Shown piece by piece: positions 34,322-44,534 of a stretch of DNA of 64,000 nucleotides. Numbering within the stretch: position 1 is the first letter of the stretch; every line of letters begins with the position of its first letter. Under the pieces are notes generated by a model that was not told the DNA's origin, ran no database searches, and saw nothing but the letters and a program-made list of their open reading frames with translations. A program made the translations under genes and the position numbers. The stretch is taken from NCBI GenBank assembly GCA_964420395.1, contig CAYQTJ010000004.1, positions 2,506 through 66,505 on the forward strand, in the 5' to 3' direction. The stretch comes from an uncultured Fibrobacteraceae bacterium. Its GTDB lineage: Bacteria; Krumholzibacteriota; Krumholzibacteriia; LZORAL124-64-63.

Positions 34322-35354
34322 CGGCGGGGGGCGGGAGCGCCCGCCGCGCTGCCTGCTCCACCTGCGTCCCCGCGATCCCGCCTGGGGGCGCTCCGCGGTG
34401 GCGTTCCACTGCGACCGCTGGGCGCCCGCCTGGGAGGCGGCCGACGGCGGCGTCCACCTCGACCTGACCGGCACCGGCCGGCTGTACGGCCGTGGCGCGG
34501 ATGGCCCGGTGCGTCTCTGCCGCGAGGCGGTCCGCGTCTGGGGGCCGCTGGCGGCGGGCGCCGCCCCCTCGCGCCTGGCCGCCGCGCTCGCCTCGCGCTG
34601 CGTGGCGGGCGAGGCGGGCGCCGGCGCGCTCCTGTACCTCCCCCCGACCGGCGTGCCCGGCTTCCTCGCCCCCTATCCGCTGAGCGTGCTGGGCGTTCGC
34701 CATGCCGCAGCCGTGACCCTGCTGACGGGGCGGGGCGTGCGGACGCTGGGGGACCTGCAGGCACTGCCGCCGGCGCTGCTGGCCGGTCTGCTCGGAGCGG
34801 AGGGAGCCTGGATCGCCGCGACCGCGGCGGGGGACGACGCGGCGCCGCTGGGCCGGGAGCGCCCCGCCGGCCGGCCGGTGGTGGCGGTCCGTCTGGCGCG
34901 GCCGCTGACCGGCGGCGAGGGGACGACGGCGCTGCTGCAGGCGGTGGCGGCGCGCGCCCTGCTGGGCTCGCCCGAAGGACCGTCCGGGCGCGCGTCCTGG
35001 ACCCTGCGGGTGCGCCGGGACGGGGCCTGGGAGCAGAGCGCGCTGGCCGGGGCACCCCTGCCCGACACCCTCGCCGGCTGGCGACGACTGCTGTCGCTGC
35101 TGTGGCGTCGGCTGCCGTCGCGCCGCGCCGGCGTGACCGCGCTGACGCTGTTGCCGGGACCGCGGTGCGTGGCGCCGGGCGGGACACAGGGGGACTGCTT
35201 CGCTTCCGGCGCCGATGGCCGGCTCACCAGGGGGTGGCGCCGCGTCGGCGCACCGCGGGCGCTCCACCCGGCCGCCGAGGAGTCGCTGCGGCGGTGGGGC
35301 GCCGTCTGGGACGAGGGGGAGGGGCCGCGGGGCGGGGGTTCCCCGTCCGGTTAG
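34281..35354 (+). CDS. Y-family DNA polymerase-like protein, ImuB-like (N-terminal catalytic acidic motif not evident)
   Basis: …CLLHLRP… (ImuB-like LHLP start), VHLDLTGTGRLYG, …AAGAAPSRLAAALAS…, FLAPYPLSVLGV…LLTGRGVRTLGDLQALP…. The only canonical start upstream of these motifs is GTG 34281 (41-nt overlap with lexA), so the start is uncertain. Confidence 0.5.
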   Translation: MCRASSSACSGASSGGGRERPPRCLLHLRPRDPAWGRSAVAFHCDRWAPAWEAADGGVHLDLTGTGRLYGRGADGPVRLCREAVRVWGPLAAGAAPSRLAAALASRCVAGEAGAGALLYLPPTGVPGFLAPYPLSVLGVRHAAAVTLLTGRGVRTLGDLQALPPALLAGLLGAEGAWIAATAAGDDAAPLGRERPAGRPVVAVRLARPLTGGEGTTALLQAVAARALLGSPEGPSGRASWTLRVRRDGAWEQSALAGAPLPDTLAGWRRLLSLLWRRLPSRRAGVTALTLLPGPRCVAPGGTQGDCFASGADGRLTRGWRRVGAPRALHPAAEESLRRWGAVWDEGEGPRGGGSPSG

Positions 35355-36352
35355 AAGAGCGTGGGTGCGGCATCGCCGCCACCGCGCCGGCCCGCCGCGC
35401 GGGGGGCGGCAGCCGGTAGGTCGGGAAACGGCCGGAGCTGCCGGGGATAGGCGGCGCGCAGCCCGGCCGGCACGGCGGGCGACAGGCCGCTCCAGAGCCG
35501 CTGCAACTGCAGCGCGTTCACCACGGCCTGTCCCCGGAAGTGGTTGTTCGCGATCACGTGGATCGCCGCGCCGGCCGGCAGGCGCGCGGCGGCCGCGCTC
35601 AACCGGGCCAGCAGGCCGCTCAACTCGGCGTCATCGTAGAGGTAGTCGTAGCGCGCATCGCGACCGGCGTCCGGGGCGAACCACGCGGCGCTGTTGCGGC
35701 CGTGCAGACGGACGTAGAGCGGTGCCGTCGCCCCGGGCGGTGGGGGCGGCCCTCCGAGCGCCGCCGCCAGGGCGTCGTCGGTCGACAGGTTGCCGCGCAG
35801 CGGCGGCTGGTCGCAGACGACGGGCCGGATGGGTGGCGAGGCGCCCCAGGCGGCGTGCCGCACCTCGATGGCGAGCGGCCAGCCGGCGTCGGCGGCGGCG
35901 CGCGCCAGTTCGGACAGCCGCTGCGCCCCGGCGGGCGAGGCGCGCAGCGACCAGGGGAACTGCAGCAACAGCGCCCCGAGGCGGCCGGCGTCGCGCGCCG
36001 GCCGGAAGGGGCCGGTCGCGTCGAGCAGGGCGTGCGGCGACGGCGGGGCACCGCCGTGGCTGAGTCGGCGGTGCAGCTTGAAGTTCCAGCGGAAGTCGGG
36101 ACGGCTCTCCACCCGGCGGCACCAGGACTCGACCTGGCGCGCCGACACGTCGCGGTAGAACGTGGCGTTGACCTCGACGGTGGCGAACAGCGTCGCCAGC
36201 AGGTCGAGCGGGTGGAAGCCGCGCGGACGTGGCCGGGGATAGACGATCCCCTCCCAGTCGGCATAGCTCCAGCCGGCGGGCCCGAAGCGGACCTCCGGTC
36301 CGGGCGCGGTCTTTCCCCCGGCCGGGCCGGGAGCCTCAGGCGCAACGTGCAT
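35351..36352 (-). CDS. DUF72 (UPF0759) family protein
   Basis: …RFGPAGWSYADWEGIVYP…FATVEVNATFYR…LLLQFPWS…, a typical DUF72 pattern. Confidence 0.8.
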   Translation of the reverse strand: MHVAPEAPGPAGGKTAPGPEVRFGPAGWSYADWEGIVYPRPRPRGFHPLDLLATLFATVEVNATFYRDVSARQVESWCRRVESRPDFRWNFKLHRRLSHGGAPPSPHALLDATGPFRPARDAGRLGALLLQFPWSLRASPAGAQRLSELARAAADAGWPLAIEVRHAAWGASPPIRPVVCDQPPLRGNLSTDDALAAALGGPPPPPGATAPLYVRLHGRNSAAWFAPDAGRDARYDYLYDDAELSGLLARLSAAAARLPAGAAIHVIANNHFRGQAVVNALQLQRLWSGLSPAVPAGLRAAYPRQLRPFPDLPAAAPRAAGRRGGGDAAPTLF

Positions 36353-36441
36353 CGCGACCCCCGCCGCGCCCCGGGCGGGGGCGGCGCGCGATTGTAGGCC
36401 GGACGGGCCCGGCGGGCAATGCCGTGGCGGCGCGGTCGCGG

Positions 36442-36470
36442 TTGACGCTGTGCCCGCGCCCCGTTAACAT
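36442..36470 (+). promoter_or_regulatory. Promoter upstream of hsp20-lon (TTGACG-17 nt-TAACAT; the -10 region reads CCCCGTTAACAT)
   Basis: Read directly. The CCCCGT immediately 5' of the -10 resembles the CCCCAT element of RpoH-type promoters, but the spacing to the -35 is short for that class. Confidence 0.45.
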
Positions 36471-36514
36471 CCGATCGGCAAATGTCTTGTCGCGGACCAG
36501 TCAGGGGGGACGCC

Positions 36515-36964
36515 ATGGTCGGCGAGCGCGCGGGCAATCCCGAGGGCCGGGGAGGGGCGGAGGATGTCTTCGAAATCCTCGTCACCTCGTTCTCCGGGCA
36601 GGAGGGGGGCCTGCCGGGGGAGGGGGACCTGTCGTGGCGTCCGGCCACCGACGCCTACGAGACCGCGGAGGCGTTCGTCGTGCAGATGGACCTGGCGGGG
36701 CTCGAGCCGCGCGGCATCGAGGTGGCGCTGGACGGCGACTGCCTCGTGGTACGGGGCGTGAGGCGGGACATCGCGCCGCCCGGCAAGAAGCACTATTCCA
36801 AGATGGAGATCAGCGTGGGACCGTTCGAGCGCCGCATCGTGGTGCCGATCGAGATCGATCCGCAGGGGGCGGTCGCGCGCTACCGCAACGGATTCCTGTT
36901 CGTGGAGCTGCGCAAGGGCAAGCGACGCACCTTCACGCGAAGGCGGATCGATGTCGACGCGTGA
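36515..36964 (+). CDS. Small heat-shock protein, Hsp20/alpha-crystallin family
   Basis: …WRPATDAYETAEAFVVQMDLAGLEPRGIEVALDGDCLVVRGVR…, and …ARYRNGFLFVELRK. Start chosen at ATG 36515 after AGGGGGGA. Confidence 0.85.
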   Translation: MVGERAGNPEGRGGAEDVFEILVTSFSGQEGGLPGEGDLSWRPATDAYETAEAFVVQMDLAGLEPRGIEVALDGDCLVVRGVRRDIAPPGKKHYSKMEISVGPFERRIVVPIEIDPQGAVARYRNGFLFVELRKGKRRTFTRRRIDVDA

Positions 36965-37016
36965 GGGGGGTCGGCGGCCCCGCGGCCGCGCAGACGGGGA
37001 GAGGAGCGGGCGTGCG

Positions 37017-39413
37017 ATGAGCGGCGAAAAGACCAAAGGCGGCTCGGGCGGGTCGGATGTGGCGGAGGCGCGGGTCCCCGACGTGCTGCCGATCCTGCCG
37101 ATCAGCGAGGCCGTCATCTTCCCGTACATGATGGTCCCGCTGGTCCTGAGCGACCGCAAGCTGATCCAGCTCGCCGACGACTGCCTGGCGGGCGACAAGA
37201 TGCTCGGCGCGTTCGCGCAGCGACCCACCCCGGATGACGAAGAGGAGAAGGAGACGGCCGGCGCCGAGGAGGAACTGATCTACACCGTCGGCACGGCGGT
37301 CAAGCTGCAGAAGATGCTGCGCTTCCCGGACGGCAGCATGCGGCTGCTCGGGCAGGGGGTGGCGCGGGTGCAGCTGAGGGGGCTGACGTCGCGCCGGCCG
37401 TACCTGAAGGGCCGCGTGTCGGTCGTCGAGGAGGATGACAGCCGTGACTCGCGGACGCTGGCCTACATGCGCGGCGTGGCGAACAACTTCATGAAGATCG
37501 TCGACGCCAGCGAGAACCTGTCGGAGGAGCTGAAGGTCGTCGTCATGAACATCGACGACCCCGGCCGCCTCGCCGACCTGATCGCCACCAACCTCGACAT
37601 CGAGATCGGCGAGAAGCAGCAGGTGCTCGAGGAGCCGAGCCCGCGCAAGCGGCTCCAGCTGTTGACGAAGATCGTCATGCGCGAGCTGGAGGTCGTGGAG
37701 CTCGGGCGCAAGCTCCAGCTGCGCGTGCGCAAGTCGATCGACAAGGACCAGCGCGAGTACTACCTGCGGCAGCAGTTGAAGGCGATCCAGCGCGAGCTGG
37801 GCGACACGGACGAGGCGTCCGTGGAGATGGACGAGCTGAAGGAGCGGATCGCCGCGGCCGACCTGCCGGAGACGACGCGGGCCGCCGTCGAGCGGGAGTA
37901 CGACCGGCTGGCGCGCATGTCGCCCGGGGCGAGCGAGTACACAGTCAGCAAGACCTACGTGGACTGGCTGCTCGACCTGCCGTGGCACGTGGCCTCGGAG
38001 GACAAGCTCGACCTGCGCCGCGCCGAACGGCTGCTCGAGCGGGACCACTACGGACTGGCGGACGTCAAGGAGCGGATCCTCGAGTTTCTCGCCGTGCGCA
38101 AGCTCAAGGCCGACAACCGCGGCCCGATCCTCTGCCTCGTCGGCCCTCCCGGCGTGGGCAAGACGTCGCTGGGACGCAGCGTGGCGGAGGCGGTGGGCCG
38201 CAAGTTCTTCCGCTTCTCCCTGGGCGGCATGCGCGACGAAGCGGAGATCCGCGGGCACCGCCGCACCTACGTCGGCGCGATGCCGGGGCGGATCATCGCC
38301 GGGCTGAAGGAGTGCGGCACCAACAACCCGCTCATCATGCTCGACGAGATCGACAAGCTCGGCCAGGACTTCCGCGGGGACCCGGCCAGCGCGCTGCTGG
38401 AGGTGCTCGACCCGGAGCAGAACTGGTCCTTCACCGACCACTACCTGGCGCTGCCGTTCGACCTGTCGAAGGTCCTCTTCATCACGACGGCGAACGTTCT
38501 CGACTCGATCCCGCGCCCCCTGCTCGACCGCATGGAGATCATCAGTCTCGCCGGGTACACCAACCTCGAGAAGCTGGAGATCGCGCGGCGCTACCTGGTG
38601 CCGCGGCAGATCGAGTCGAACGGGCTCTCCGGGGGGTTGATCCGCTTCTCGGACGCCGCCGTGCAGCAGATCATCGCCGAGCACACGCGGGAGGCGGGGG
38701 TGCGCGAGCTGGAGCGGCGCATCGGCGCGGTGTGCCGGAAGGTGGCTCGCGACGTGGCCCGGGGAAAGCGCGGACAGCGCCGCATCACCGCCGCGAACCT
38801 CAACGACTATCTCGGCTCGCCCCCGTACGCCGACGACCGTCTGCGCAGCCGGGCGCGGGTGGGCGTGGCGACGGGGCTCGCCTGGACCGCCGTGGGCGGA
38901 AAGATCCTCTACCTCGAGGGGGTGCTGCTGCCCAACGGGAGCGGCACGATGAAGCTGACCGGACAGCTCGGCAGCGTGATGCAGGAGTCGGCCAGCGCCG
39001 CCTTCTCCTACCTGCGCAGCCGGTTCGGGGAGCGGCCGGAGCATCGCGAGTTCTTCCGCGCCCACGACCTGCACATCCACATCCCGGCGGGCGCCACCCC
39101 GAAGGACGGGCCGAGCGCGGGCATCGCGCTGGCTTCGGTGATGCTGTCGCTGCTGCTCGGCCGCCCGATCGACCGGCTGACGGCCATGACCGGGGAGATC
39201 ACGCTCACCGGCGACGTGCTGCCGATCGGCGGCCTCAAGGAGAAGGTGCTGGCCGCGCACCGGGCGGGCGTGCGGCGAATCATCCTGCCGGCGGCGAACG
39301 AGCCCGACCTGGACGACATCCCGAAGGAGGCGGCGCGCGAGATCCGCTTCGTTCCGGTGAAGCACATCGATGCGGTCTGGCGGGAGATCTTCCCGCGGCT
39401 GCGGCTGGACTGA
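37017..39413 (+). CDS. lon: ATP-dependent Lon protease (LonA type)
   Basis: [19 protein letters not shown] (LON N domain), [15 protein letters not shown] (Walker A), and [12 protein letters not shown] (catalytic Ser). Start at ATG 37017. Confidence 0.92.
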   Translation: MSGEKTKGGSGGSDVAEARVPDVLPILPISEAVIFPYMMVPLVLSDRKLIQLADDCLAGDKMLGAFAQRPTPDDEEEKETAGAEEELIYTVGTAVKLQKMLRFPDGSMRLLGQGVARVQLRGLTSRRPYLKGRVSVVEEDDSRDSRTLAYMRGVANNFMKIVDASENLSEELKVVVMNIDDPGRLADLIATNLDIEIGEKQQVLEEPSPRKRLQLLTKIVMRELEVVELGRKLQLRVRKSIDKDQREYYLRQQLKAIQRELGDTDEASVEMDELKERIAAADLPETTRAAVEREYDRLARMSPGASEYTVSKTYVDWLLDLPWHVASEDKLDLRRAERLLERDHYGLADVKERILEFLAVRKLKADNRGPILCLVGPPGVGKTSLGRSVAEAVGRKFFRFSLGGMRDEAEIRGHRRTYVGAMPGRIIAGLKECGTNNPLIMLDEIDKLGQDFRGDPASALLEVLDPEQNWSFTDHYLALPFDLSKVLFITTANVLDSIPRPLLDRMEIISLAGYTNLEKLEIARRYLVPRQIESNGLSGGLIRFSDAAVQQIIAEHTREAGVRELERRIGAVCRKVARDVARGKRGQRRITAANLNDYLGSPPYADDRLRSRARVGVATGLAWTAVGGKILYLEGVLLPNGSGTMKLTGQLGSVMQESASAAFSYLRSRFGERPEHREFFRAHDLHIHIPAGATPKDGPSAGIALASVMLSLLLGRPIDRLTAMTGEITLTGDVLPIGGLKEKVLAAHRAGVRRIILPAANEPDLDDIPKEAAREIRFVPVKHIDAVWREIFPRLRLD

Positions 39414-39430
39414 AGCGGCGGGGAGGTCAC

Positions 39431-40552
39431 GTGGTGAGCCCGCTCATCGACCGGCTGCTGGATCCCTGGTCGCGCCGCGGCCGGGAGGCGGCCTTCACGC
39501 TGCCGGGGGCCCTGGCGCCCGGCGCCGCGGTCCTGGTGCTGGACAGCGGGGACCTGGCCGACCTCGTCTTCCACGGCCCGTTGCTGCACGGCCTGCGGGC
39601 GGGGGTGCCGGATCTGCGCGTGGACGTGCTGCTGCCGGAGGGGCACGCCCAGTTCGTGGCGGCGAGCGGCCTGGCGCGCAACTGCCTCACCTACCGGGAG
39701 GCGCAGCTGCGCCCCTTCCGCCGCGGTTTCTTTCCCCTGCTGCGGGCGGCCCGCGCGGGGGGGTACGACGCGACGATCATCGCCAGCCAGGAGCCGCAGC
39801 CGGCCCTGGCCCGGGTGGCGATGGCCACCGGCGCGCCGCTGAGGCTGGGACCGTCGCACGCGAACGCCTGGCCGGCCGTGAACCTGGAGATCCGCCGCGG
39901 CGCGGACGATGCCACGTACCGCGGGCGCCGGCCGGCCGCGGCCCTGCCGCTGCTGGGGCTGCCGGAGCCGGCGCCCGGCTGGAGCTGGCCCCTGCCGGAG
40001 GAGCGGCGGCGACACGTCCGGCAGCTGGTGCGCTTCAACAAGACCCGCCCCGACGACCTGCTGGTCGCCGTCGATCCGGGGGCGGGGAAGAACGGCCCTC
40101 CGCTGGCCCTGGCGAGCCTGCAGTTCCTGATCGCCCAACTGGCCGGCCGCCACGCCTGCCAGATCGTGCCGCTGTGCGCCAACGGCGGCGGGGAGCGGCT
40201 GCGCGAGCTCACCGCGGCGCTGCCGGCCGCGCCGCCGGCCCTGCCGCGGGCCGACCTCCTGGAGACCGCGCTGCTGCTGTCGCAGTGCGACCTCTTCCTG
40301 GGCGGGAACACCGATCTGTTCCATCTCGCGGTGTCGCTCGGCGTGCCGGCGATCGGCCTGTTCACCGAGGAGGATGGCGCCGACTGGGAGCCGCGGGGCC
40401 GGCCGACCGCGCGGGGGCTGCGGGTGAAACGGGGTGAGCGGGTGGACGCGGAGGCGCTGTTCGCCGCCGTGGCGGCCGTCGGCATCCGCAGCGGGCCGCG
40501 GGCGGCCGCCGCCGCGGACGGAGCGTCGGCATGGCGCGAGGGAGCGGTCTGA
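39431..40552 (+). CDS. Glycosyltransferase family 9 (heptosyltransferase-like), paralog 1
   Basis: GT9-like layout (…VLVLDSGDLADLVF…, …LFLGGNTDLFHLAVSLGVPAIGLF). GTG start 18 nt after the lon stop. C-terminal part of track ORF 37982..40552. Confidence 0.6.
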   Translation: MVSPLIDRLLDPWSRRGREAAFTLPGALAPGAAVLVLDSGDLADLVFHGPLLHGLRAGVPDLRVDVLLPEGHAQFVAASGLARNCLTYREAQLRPFRRGFFPLLRAARAGGYDATIIASQEPQPALARVAMATGAPLRLGPSHANAWPAVNLEIRRGADDATYRGRRPAAALPLLGLPEPAPGWSWPLPEERRRHVRQLVRFNKTRPDDLLVAVDPGAGKNGPPLALASLQFLIAQLAGRHACQIVPLCANGGGERLRELTAALPAAPPALPRADLLETALLLSQCDLFLGGNTDLFHLAVSLGVPAIGLFTEEDGADWEPRGRPTARGLRVKRGERVDAEALFAAVAAVGIRSGPRAAAAADGASAWREGAV

Positions 40553-40553
40553 G

Positions 40554-41660
40554 ATGGACGCCGCGGCGCGGCCGCCGCGTGGCCGGCGCCTGCTGGTGGT
40601 CGCGCCGAACTGGCTCGGCGATCTGATCATGGCCACGCCGGCCCTCGACCGGCTGGCGGAGGCGCGCGCCGCGGGGTGGTCGCCGGTGCTGAGCCTCCCC
40701 GCGCGCTGGGCCCCCCTGTTCGCCGGCGATTCCCGCTGCGACGCCCTGTTGCCCTGGGACCGCCAGGGTCGCCACGCCGGGATCCTCGGCGTGCCGCGGC
40801 TGGCCGCCCTGTGGCGGGGGGCGCGGGCGGAGGCGGTGGTGTTGATGCCCCCGTCGCTGCGTGTGGCGCTCGCCGCGCGCCTGGCCGGGATCCCGCTGCG
40901 TGCCGGTCACGCGACGGACGGGCGGCGGGCCCTGCTGAGCCACCCCCTGCCGCGCCCGCCGCGCGGTTCCCGGCACTTCAGCCGCGAGATGCTCGATCTG
41001 GCCGAGGCGGCGCTCGCCGCGGTGGGGGGGGCGGCGGCCGGGGAGTCGGCGGCGCCGCGCCACCCGTCCCTGCCTGTCTGCGCGCGGGTGGCGCCCGATC
41101 CGCGGCTGGCGGGCGGTCCGCCGGTCTGGGCGCTGGGTGTGGGGACCACCTTCGGCGACGCCAAGAGCTGGCCGCCGGGTCGCCTCGCCGCCTTCGCCGC
41201 CCGGGCGGTCGGCGAGGAGGGGGTGCGGGTGCTGCTGCTGGGCGAGCCGGCGGGGCGGGCGGCGGCGGACGCGGCCCGGGCGGCCGGGGGCGCGCCGTGG
41301 CGGGAGACGCCGGAGGGGGGACCGGGCGTGGTCGATCTCGTCGGGCGCACCTCCCTGCTCGATGCGGTGGCGCTGTTGCGCGGCTGCGCGCTCTATGTGG
41401 GCAACGATTCCGGGCTGATGCATCTGGCGGCGGCCCTCGGCACGCCGACGCTCGGGCTGTTCGGCTCCACGAGCCCGGCCTGGACGGCGCCGCGCGGCCC
41501 CCGCGCGGCGTGCGTCGTCGCGGAGGGGTTCGCCTGCTCGCCCTGCTACCTGCGGCGCTGCCCGCAGCCGCTCTTCTGCCTCGAAACGGTCACGCCGGGG
41601 CAGGTGCTGGAACGGGCCCGGGCGCTGCTGGCCGCGCCGGCGGAGGGGGAGCCGGAATGA
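40554..41660 (+). CDS. ADP-heptose:LPS heptosyltransferase II-like (GT9), paralog 2
   Basis: RRLLVVAPNWLGDLIMATPALDRL…, YVGNDSGLMHLAAALGTPTLGLFGSTSP…, and …C…CYLRRCP…. Closest to the WaaF pattern. Confidence 0.7.
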   Translation: MDAAARPPRGRRLLVVAPNWLGDLIMATPALDRLAEARAAGWSPVLSLPARWAPLFAGDSRCDALLPWDRQGRHAGILGVPRLAALWRGARAEAVVLMPPSLRVALAARLAGIPLRAGHATDGRRALLSHPLPRPPRGSRHFSREMLDLAEAALAAVGGAAAGESAAPRHPSLPVCARVAPDPRLAGGPPVWALGVGTTFGDAKSWPPGRLAAFAARAVGEEGVRVLLLGEPAGRAAADAARAAGGAPWRETPEGGPGVVDLVGRTSLLDAVALLRGCALYVGNDSGLMHLAAALGTPTLGLFGSTSPAWTAPRGPRAACVVAEGFACSPCYLRRCPQPLFCLETVTPGQVLERARALLAAPAEGEPE

Positions 41661-42259
41661 GCCTGTGGCTGCCGGAGGGGTGCCCCGAGGCGGACGCCCG
41701 GAAGGACCGGACGGACGGTGGCGCCCTGTTCGTCGACCGCGACGGCGTGGTCATCGCGGACGCCGACTACCCGGCGGATCCGTCCGCCGTCCGGCTGCTG
41801 CCGGGCGCGGCGGCGGCCCTCGCGCGCGCCCGCGCCGCCGGCTACCTGGTGATCGGGGTGTCCAACCAGTCCGGCATCGGACGCGGTTACTACGGCGAGG
41901 CGGATTTCGCGGCGGTGCAGCGGCGCGTCGATGCGCAACTCGCCGCCGCCGGCGCCGGACTGGACGCGCTCTATTACTGTCCGCACGCCCCGGCGCAGGA
42001 CTGCCGCTGCCGCAAGCCGCGGCCCGGCCTGCTGGAGGAGGCGGCGACGCGCTTCCGGTGGCGCGCCGACCGCTCCTGGCTGGTGGGCGACAAGCTGACG
42101 GACGCGGAACTGGCGCGGGCGGCGGGGCTGCGTCCCGTTCTGGTGCTGACCGGCAAGGCGGAGGCGCGGTCCGCCGGCCTCCCGCCCGACGGGGCGGTGC
42201 TGGTGGTGGCGGATCTGGCGGAGGCGGTCTCCCGCCTCCTGAGCGGGGAGCGGGCGTGA
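41657..42259 (+). CDS. gmhB: D-glycero-D-manno-heptose 1,7-bisphosphate phosphatase (HAD family)
   Basis: ALFVDRDGVV (DxD), …VSNQSGIGRGYY…, and YYCPHAP…CRCRKPRPGLL (Zn-binding Cys cluster). ATGA overlap with the upstream stop. Confidence 0.8.
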   Translation: MSLWLPEGCPEADARKDRTDGGALFVDRDGVVIADADYPADPSAVRLLPGAAAALARARAAGYLVIGVSNQSGIGRGYYGEADFAAVQRRVDAQLAAAGAGLDALYYCPHAPAQDCRCRKPRPGLLEEAATRFRWRADRSWLVGDKLTDAELARAAGLRPVLVLTGKAEARSAGLPPDGAVLVVADLAEAVSRLLSGERA

Positions 42260-43482
42260 GCTGGCTGCTGGACGACCGACCGTTGCGGGCCATCCTCGTG
42301 ACCCGGCTGCGCTACCTCGGCGACGTGGCGATGGCGACCGTCGTGGCGGAGGCGCTGCGCCGGGGCGATCCGCAAGTCGACCTCGGCTTCCTCTGCGAGG
42401 AGGCGTACGCGCCGGTGCTGGCCGGCCAGCCGTCCCTGCGGCGCGTGCACGTGCTGCGGACCAGGCGGCGCTCGGCGGACGCGCGGGCCCGGTCGGTGCG
42501 CGCCGACCCGCGCACCCTCGCGGTGGCGCCGGTCCTGCCCGACGATTGCGAACCGGCCGGCGGGGCCCACCTCGGCCTGCCGCACGGCGGCGGCGGCATA
42601 ATGCGCGAACTGCGCACCGCCCGGTACGATCTGGCGGTCGATCTCCTGTTCAATCCGCGCAGCGCCCTGCTGCTCCGGCTGTCGGGGGCCGGGGCCCGGG
42701 TGGGGGGGCCGGCCGGTTGGCGGCGCCGGCTCTACACCCACCTGGCCGGGCCGGAGGCGCTGGACGGAGACCCGCAGCTGCGTCGGCTCGCGCCCGGCTG
42801 TCTCGGGGATCACCTGTCGCGGCTGGCGCCGCTGCGGCACGGGCCGAGCGGGCTGCCGTTCCTGGCGTGGTACCGGCGGGAGTACGCCGCCGCGCCGGCG
42901 AGGCCCCTGGTGGCCCGCCCCCCCCTGGGGGGAGGGGCGGCGCGCCGGGCCCTCGACGTGCTCGGCGTCGGGGGCGGGAACGGCTTCGTGCTGCTGGCTC
43001 CCGGTGCCACCTGGCCGAGCAAGGAGTGGCCGGCGGCGCGCTGGGCGCAGTTGGTCGGGCTGCTGGCGGCGCGGCAGGCGCGGCCGATCGTGCTCCTGTC
43101 GCCGCCGCTGCGGGGAGAGCTCTACGCGCCGCTGGCGCGCGAGGTGCCGCCGGGACGCGGCGGGCTGCTGCCGCCGCTGCCGCTGGTCGAGGTGCTGCGC
43201 ACGGTGGCGGCCGCGGATCTCGTGGTGAGCGTGGACGGGGGGATCATGCACGCGGCGGTGGCGATGGACCGGCCGACCCTGGCGCTCTTCGGCCCCACCG
43301 ATCCGGCGATCTGGTTCCCCTACCCCGGCCACGGCCGGCAGCGGGTGCTGGGGACCGCCCCCGCCTGCCACCCCTGCGACCGCCACGACTGCCAGGAGTT
43401 CGTCTGCCTGCCGGACCTCGCGGCGGACGCGGTGGCGGCGGCGGCGCTCTCCCTGCTGGCGACCGCCGGGAGCGACCGGTGA
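42256..43482 (+). CDS. Glycosyltransferase family 9 (heptosyltransferase-like), paralog 3
   Basis: RAILVTRLRYLGDVAMATVVAEALR…, VSVDGGIMHAAVAMDRPTLALFGPTDP…, and …CHPCDRHDC…. GTGA overlap. Confidence 0.65.
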   Translation: MSWLLDDRPLRAILVTRLRYLGDVAMATVVAEALRRGDPQVDLGFLCEEAYAPVLAGQPSLRRVHVLRTRRRSADARARSVRADPRTLAVAPVLPDDCEPAGGAHLGLPHGGGGIMRELRTARYDLAVDLLFNPRSALLLRLSGAGARVGGPAGWRRRLYTHLAGPEALDGDPQLRRLAPGCLGDHLSRLAPLRHGPSGLPFLAWYRREYAAAPARPLVARPPLGGGAARRALDVLGVGGGNGFVLLAPGATWPSKEWPAARWAQLVGLLAARQARPIVLLSPPLRGELYAPLAREVPPGRGGLLPPLPLVEVLRTVAAADLVVSVDGGIMHAAVAMDRPTLALFGPTDPAIWFPYPGHGRQRVLGTAPACHPCDRHDCQEFVCLPDLAADAVAAAALSLLATAGSDR

Positions 43483-44534
43483 TCGGCGGAGCGGCGGCAG
43501 CTCCCGGCCGCGTGAGGAGCATCCTCGTGATCCGCCGGCGGGCCCTCGGAGACGCGCTGGTCACGCTGCCGGCCGTGTTGCGGCTGGCGGAGGCGTTCCC
43601 CGCGGCCCGGATCGACCTGGTCGTGGACCGCGCTTTCGCCGCGCTGCTCACCGGCCTGGCGCCGGGGCTGACGATCCTGCCGTGGCCGCCGGGGCGGGGC
43701 GAACGACCGCGCTGGATCGCCCGGCTGCGCGCGGCGCGGTACGACCTGGCGCTCGATTACCTCGGCAGCCCCCGCACGGCGCTCTGGACGGCGCTGACCG
43801 GCGCCCCGCTGCGGGTCGGCTACGCGCTGCGGGGGCGCGCCTGGGCCTACAACGTGCGCGTCCCGCGCAACCGGGACGGCGCGACGCCGCTGGCCGCCTT
43901 CGCCGGGGAGGCGTTCCTCGATCCGCTGCGGGCGCTCGGGCTGGCCCCGGCGCCGTGGCGGGCCGTTGGAGCGGCCGCCGCCCATCCGAACCCAGGCTCC
44001 GCGGGACCGTCCGGCCCGCGGATCGGCCTGGCCCTCGGCGCCACCTGGCCCGCGAAGGGGTGGCCGCTGGCGCACGCGGCCGAACTGGCGGCGCTGGCCG
44101 CGGCGGCGGGGGCGACCGTGCTGCTGCTGCCGGGGCCGGGCGAGGAGCGGCTGGCGGCCGAGTTCCGGAGCGTGGCGCCGGCGGCGGAGGTGGCGCCGCC
44201 GACCAGCCTCGTCGAACTCGCGGCGCTGCTGGCCACGCTCGACCTGCTGGTGGCCACCGATTGCGGCGCCCGTCACCTGGCCGCCGCGCTCGAGGTGCCG
44301 ACCGTGACCCTGTTCGGCCCGACCGATCCCCGGGGCTGGAACCCCGCGGATCCGCGCCATGTTGCAGCACGGACCGGCGAGTCGTGCTCGCCGTGCGATC
44401 TCACGATCTGCCCGATCCCCGGTCATCCCTGCATGACCGGCTTGACCGGGTCGCTCGTCTGGGACAAGGTGCAGGCACTGCTGGCGCGCCGCGCGGCCGC
44501 GGACGGCCGGCGCGGGGAAGGGACGGGCGCATGA
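43479..44534 (+). CDS. Glycosyltransferase family 9 (heptosyltransferase-like), paralog 4
   Basis: RSILVIRRRALGDALVTLPAVLRL…, VATDCGARHLAAALEVPTVTLFGPTDP…, and …CSPCDLTIC…. GTGA overlap. Confidence 0.7.
   Translation: MIGGAAAAPGRVRSILVIRRRALGDALVTLPAVLRLAEAFPAARIDLVVDRAFAALLTGLAPGLTILPWPPGRGERPRWIARLRAARYDLALDYLGSPRTALWTALTGAPLRVGYALRGRAWAYNVRVPRNRDGATPLAAFAGEAFLDPLRALGLAPAPWRAVGAAAAHPNPGSAGPSGPRIGLALGATWPAKGWPLAHAAELAALAAAAGATVLLLPGPGEERLAAEFRSVAPAAEVAPPTSLVELAALLATLDLLVATDCGARHLAAALEVPTVTLFGPTDPRGWNPADPRHVAARTGESCSPCDLTICPIPGHPCMTGLTGSLVWDKVQALLARRAAADGRRGEGTGA

Noticed and set aside
36933-39365. 810-aa minus-strand ORF antisense to lon
   Set aside because: lon on the + strand is unambiguous (Walker A, catalytic Ser). 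The antisense product has no motifs.
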